In this document: positions 59,034 through 64,000 of the stretch, one piece after another | Numbering within the stretch: position 1 is the first letter of the stretch | How the letters are laid out: each line of letters opens with the position of its first letter | Source of the DNA: Eledone cirrhosa | Lineage: Eukaryota | DNA: 64,000 bases | Assembly: GCA_964016885.1 (NCBI GenBank) | Contig: OZ024753.1 | Coordinates: 45,756,001 to 45,820,000, forward strand | Reading direction: 5' to 3' | Notes under the pieces: generated by a model | Databases searched by the model: none | Told to the model about the DNA's origin: nothing | Seen by the model: only the letters and a program-made list of their open reading frames with translations | Translations under genes and position numbers: made by a program

Positions 59034-60147
59034 TGTGTGTGTGTCTGTGTGTGTAATACGGTTTGAAGTATGTGCTTAATGTAATATTGTTTTTGGGATA
59101 GCGTATTTAATGTAATATTGATACTTTAGCCATTTCGATTATTTCTATAATAGTTTGTTTTCCTTCTTATGATATATAGCTTACAGTTTTCTGATACAAA
59201 CTTCCCCTGCACGGCATCACACCGTTAGACTAAATAGTTTAGGACTTTTGTCTCGGTGGTTAGGTTTGGGGAGTTCATGGTTAAGATACGTAAGGAGATG
59301 GAGCAGGGCCCGTTACGTAATGTGGTTATAGTCACTGCAGAGAATAGTTGTTTAATTATTCAGAAACTACATTATATAACAGTTGATGTTTCATGACGTT
59401 TGTATTCGCCCAACTATTCGCCAACCATTTATGAGTTAGGGTAGTTCAACTGTCTTGTTTACACACACACACACACACACACATATATATTCTTTGCTTA
59501 AACTTTAATCTGTTATTTTAATAAATATATGTCCTAGGGTTCTTATATATTTGATATATTTTTATACTTATCGAGCCCCCTTTGGATTTTAGACTTCGCA
59601 TTTATTATTATTAATATATATGTATGTATTTGTGTGGGCTTCTGTGTGTATGTCTGTATTATAGTATATTTGTTTGTCTCTATGTATATATGTACGTACT
59701 TTTGTCTATGCATGTATCAATCTATGCGTGTGTAGCTGTTTGTATTTTCCTTTATATTATTAATATATATTCGAAAATTTTGATATATTTTGTAGTTGAT
59801 GAAATAAATCAAAAGGAATTCCACACCTTTTCCAATGGTGTCATTTCTATAATTACAATGACGTCTCCATTGAGATAGCGTTTTATTGCTTCTCACCACA
59901 GACGCTTTATTGCCAACTCCTATATCATAGACTCTATAAAGCTTTGTGTCATCACAGATAAATATATATTTGTTTTGCTTTGCAATATTTCTCTTTCGTT
60001 TGGTTAGGGTGAAAGTTATTATTATCATTATTATTGTTAACAAATAGATACCATAATGCAAAGGACACTACTACTCATTGTTAGATTGGTTGATTATTTG
60101 AGAGATAAATAAATGTTGACGTTTACGCGTGTATGTGTGTATATTTA

Positions 60148-60195
<48 letters not shown>

Positions 60196-60198
60196 AAT

Positions 60199-60259
<61 letters not shown>

Positions 60260-60389
60260 TATAAGAATAAATGGGAATATATTGAAATTCATATACAAAT
60301 AATATCACAATTTGATAAGACCTTCATCTATAGATATTCGTGTAAATAAAAGCACAATCTCTATACTTAGGTATATGTATATGTTATGT

Positions 60390-60597
60390 ATATACGTATA
60401 TATAAATATCTATATAGATATAAAGATTGATATAAAGATATATATAAATATAAATATATATATAAATATGTATATAAATATATATATAAATATAAATATG
60501 TATATAAATATATATATAAATATAAAGATATATATGAATATATATAAATAAATATAAAGATATATACGAATATATATAAATATATATATATATATAC
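60390..60597. repeat. AT-rich minisatellite (TATAAA / TATAAAGA units)
   Basis: Direct reading. Confidence 0.8.
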
Positions 60598-60956
60598 ACT
60601 ACATGCTTCTGTACTACAATCCATTGTTTTATGTTGTATCTTATTCTTGGTGTTTCAAGTATACTCGTTAGTATACTCTCTAAAAAATCCTTTGGCAACC
60701 TTCATAATGAACTCCATTGCTGGACTACAATAAAATCAAAATTGAGTGGCCTTTGGGAAGACGGAAAAATAATGTAATTGATTAACCGACTTTCCACCAT
60801 ATTTTACTCAACACAAAATATATTTTTATGAAATATTTTACAGTTGTATAACCATGGAATACAAGAAGAATAGATACCGTTTACTTTTTCTATGATTTTT
60901 CAATCTACATTTTCAAATAGTTTCTTATGCAAATGATGTACCTTTAGAATGAACGG

Positions 60957-61002
<46 letters not shown>

Positions 61003-61670
61003 GTGATTATTATTATTATTATCTTTAGTATTATGTAAATACTGTTTATGTACGTCTAATGCTAAAAATTCCTCTCTCTCCTTCAATATCTCTATATAAA
61101 GAGAGGGAGAGAGAGTAAGAGTGAGAGAGAGAGAGTAAGAGAGAGAAATGGAAGAGAGATATAAATATCGACAGTGTGAGAAGAAGCGATAGAGTGAGAG
61201 AAAAAGCGAGAGAAAGAGAGAACGTGTTAGGCAGACCGAACGCGAAACACGGAGTGGGTGTATGATACATTAAGCAAGTATACAAGAATCAAACTCCCAT
61301 AATGCCGTACATTAAAAGGGAAGCGTAATAATTAACAAAAAAAAATGTTCTTTTAGTAGACATATATTTCAGGAAGCTGTTTGGTAATGCCATCCCATAT
61401 ACACACACGTAAAGATATATTCACAAACACACTCAGACACATATAAACACACACAGATGCATATATACATACCTGCATTGCAATGCATGTAGTTACATTG
61501 GAGAAATGTTATTTACGCATATAATATGCATTTGATAAACAATTTTTTTATTCTAATGACACACATTTTACGACGCTCGTCATCGCCTATTATTTAGAGA
61601 GAATATTTACGACAGAAATCATGCAAGATGCTTTTCGAATCCTACCTCCTTCCATTATCTTCTCGTCTAG

Positions 61671-61849
61671 GATTGGCAGTATCGGTAGAGGGTCGGACGC
61701 CATGCTTTAACGCATAGAGTTACGGCCCTTGCCATTCTGAGTTCAAATCCCGCCGAGGTTTACTTTGCCTTTCATCCTTAAGGGGTCGATAAAATAAAGT
61801 ACCAGTAATACACTGGGTAATTGCTGGCCTTGTACCAAAAGTAGAAACA
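61671..61849 (+). mobile_element. tRNA-derived SINE with perfect 17-bp target-site duplication
   Basis: ATTATCTTCTCGTCTAG at 61654-61670 and 61850-61866; Pol III A box 61674-61685, B box 61741-61750. Confidence 0.94.
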
Positions 61850-63360
61850 ATTATCTTCTCGTCTAGTCTTTTTCCGAGTATCAGGCACTGAACTCTGGCT
61901 AAATTGTAGAACCGGCATCTTTGTTTGTCCATCATATCGACTCCATCTGAGATTTCTTTTTTCACTTTAGTTTCTAGTTGCTCCCACAACATTTCTAGGA
62001 ATAGATAGCCAGAGGAGAATAAGAACAACAACAACAAGAATTAGCAGAAGAAAAGGAAATAAAGGAGAAGAGTTTTACTCAATTTTGCTTAACATTGAGA
62101 AGGTAAATCACAGGTATATGAAGGTATATGACTAAAATTACAATTTTAATTAGATTTTAAAATATAATCTGTGGAATCATCAATTCACCTGAAATATCGA
62201 TATACATCAATGAATAGACGAATGGCAGTTAACATTGTGTAATATACAGATCTAGAATTTGGCTGAATATTGTAATAGTAGGTCATTAATAAGGAAATGT
62301 TTCATAAGATAAAACATTATTCATTTGAAAATTCCAACATACATATACAATACCAGAATGATAAAAAGAACGAAATAAAATCTAAAAAGAGAGGAAAAAG
62401 GAAAAGCGTTGAGGGGAGAATATTAAAGTGGAGAAACGCTACAATTTCAGTTGTGTCTTATCAAGAAATGGAAGTATTGCCTTGGAAAATAGCCAGAGAT
62501 ACCCCCTGAATCAGTTATTCTTCTTTTCATGGCATCTTCGTAAGCAGAGATGCTCTCATGCTAATTTAGTGGAGTCAGATTTCTAAGAACAGCAGAGGAT
62601 TCAATATTGATCGGTACCAAAAGGAAATGCCATATGTATAGCTAATATTTAGTCATCTTCTACTCTTGTAGGTTATATAAACTAAGCCAAACCTACAACA
62701 AACCTCATTTCTAGAACTTGAAATGCCTAGCCAATATCTGTTAATATAAAAAACATAAATAGCAACGGCTTACCTAAATATTCAGATTATTGTAAACTAA
62801 GTAATCTCCCTCAGCTCATTATTAAAAACGATACTCCTAAAATCGATTATACTTAGTACGCTTAATACGAACATTTGTCTCCACCATAATAAGATATAGC
62901 ACTAACTGGAATGGATTATTTTACACCAAATCAATTTCATTTGCTTACTAAAATATTTACAATGTCTGTGGAATTATGAGAAACTTTCGGATAAATTACA
63001 CCTAAACAGGATTTTAAATTGACCCATTAGCTATTTTATCAAAGAACGTATTGAAGTAATAACAGGCACTTTGTATGAATATAAAACACAGTTGGTAGCA
63101 TTAAAACAAGGCATTTATCATATGAATAGCCTCAGAGGACTCGACTTAGAACCTATTACGTTTAGAGAATCGATTTCGATTGGAGAAAGAATAAACTTCT
63201 GGACTGCACCGCTAATGGTTCCAAATTAATGACTACGAATTTTAAAATATATGGCTGCTTGCTTCCACCACAATCACTTTTACTCATTTTGATTTAATCC
63301 TAAGTGTAATGCAACATTTACATATATATTGATTAATGTGTTTCTACGTGAACACATACG

Positions 63361-63407
<47 letters not shown>

Positions 63408-63436
63408 ATGTATATATATACATATGAATGTATGAA

Positions 63437-63478
<42 letters not shown>

Positions 63479-64000
63479 TATGTGCGCGTGTGTGTGCATG
63501 CGTGAGTGTGAGTATTGTATTTTTTTCGAACTGTCAACACGTTTTATTATATTTTGGTAGGTGAGGTAAGGAAAGATCTCGAGTAAATGGAAGCCATCAT
63601 CAATGTTTTATATTCCGGCTTAATATACTTTCTAATTCACATCTCTGTCGTTGTTGATGTCACTGGAATATCCATAAATGGAATAAATCATCATAGCTCT
63701 GTCTCCTTCCATAAATTACTTCTTTCTTACTACCGGGAGACATAGAATCTCATAAAGTTTTCACTATTACTCGTAATTTTTCACTATCGAAAATTATTGC
63801 ACATTTCCTTTTATTTAAGTTATGTAGATAAATTTAAATATATTATAAAAGGTATGTAGACAGATCTAAATATATTATCATATAAAATAACAGATTACAA
63901 TATGATGCCAAATTTTCCTCCTCCAATGGTGAGCGCATGTATGGCAGAATGTCGCTTCACAACTTTGAGGGCCCAGATTCTGTGGCACAGCAAGTTGAGC

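Noticed and set aside
61671-61760. Possible tRNA gene (A and B boxes)
   Set aside because: No cloverleaf, over-long A-B spacing, continues into the SINE body and has TSDs.
61720-62037. 105-aa minus-strand ORF
   Set aside because: The C-terminal part is antisense SINE sequence and the remainder has no recognisable motif.
63545-63572. Possible micro-exon (TTTTGGTAG-GTGAG-GTAAG)
   Set aside because: Splice-like signals only, with a weak pyrimidine tract and no partner exons identifiable.
63925-64000. Possible 5' end of another SINE at the window edge
   Set aside because: Only a loose A-box-like TGGCAGAATG and no clear B box; truncated by the window.

Overview
Eukaryotic, AT-rich, repeat-dominated window with no supportable intact protein-coding gene. 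The SINE family and microsatellite load suggest an octopod cephalopod, but this is an inference. Positions ~611-30564 are one array of a ~41-bp satellite with kb-scale higher-order duplications. The array flips orientation at 8759-8764, inside a palindromic monomer variant. A 200-N scaffold gap follows, then multi-kb (TA/CA)n tracts containing a duplication at ~4.88 kb offset. The rest is intergenic/intronic-type DNA with four similar copies of a tRNA-derived SINE (two with target-site duplications), one decayed SINE, a dead RTE-like LINE fragment and several mini/microsatellites. The most interesting signal is a set of short unique islands embedded in (TA)n tracts that carry hammerhead-ribozyme cores. 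They include a near-canonical minimal type I core at 48410-48449, a type I core with an 85-nt multibranched stem II at 32707-32818 and 37583-37694, a 51-bp-arm hairpin whose axis cuts through a core at 38167-38271, and several decayed cores. This fits Penelope-like-element/retrozyme terminal repeats accumulating in TA microsatellites. Nearly all ORFs in the supplied track are microsatellite artefacts. All coordinates and pairings were read by eye.
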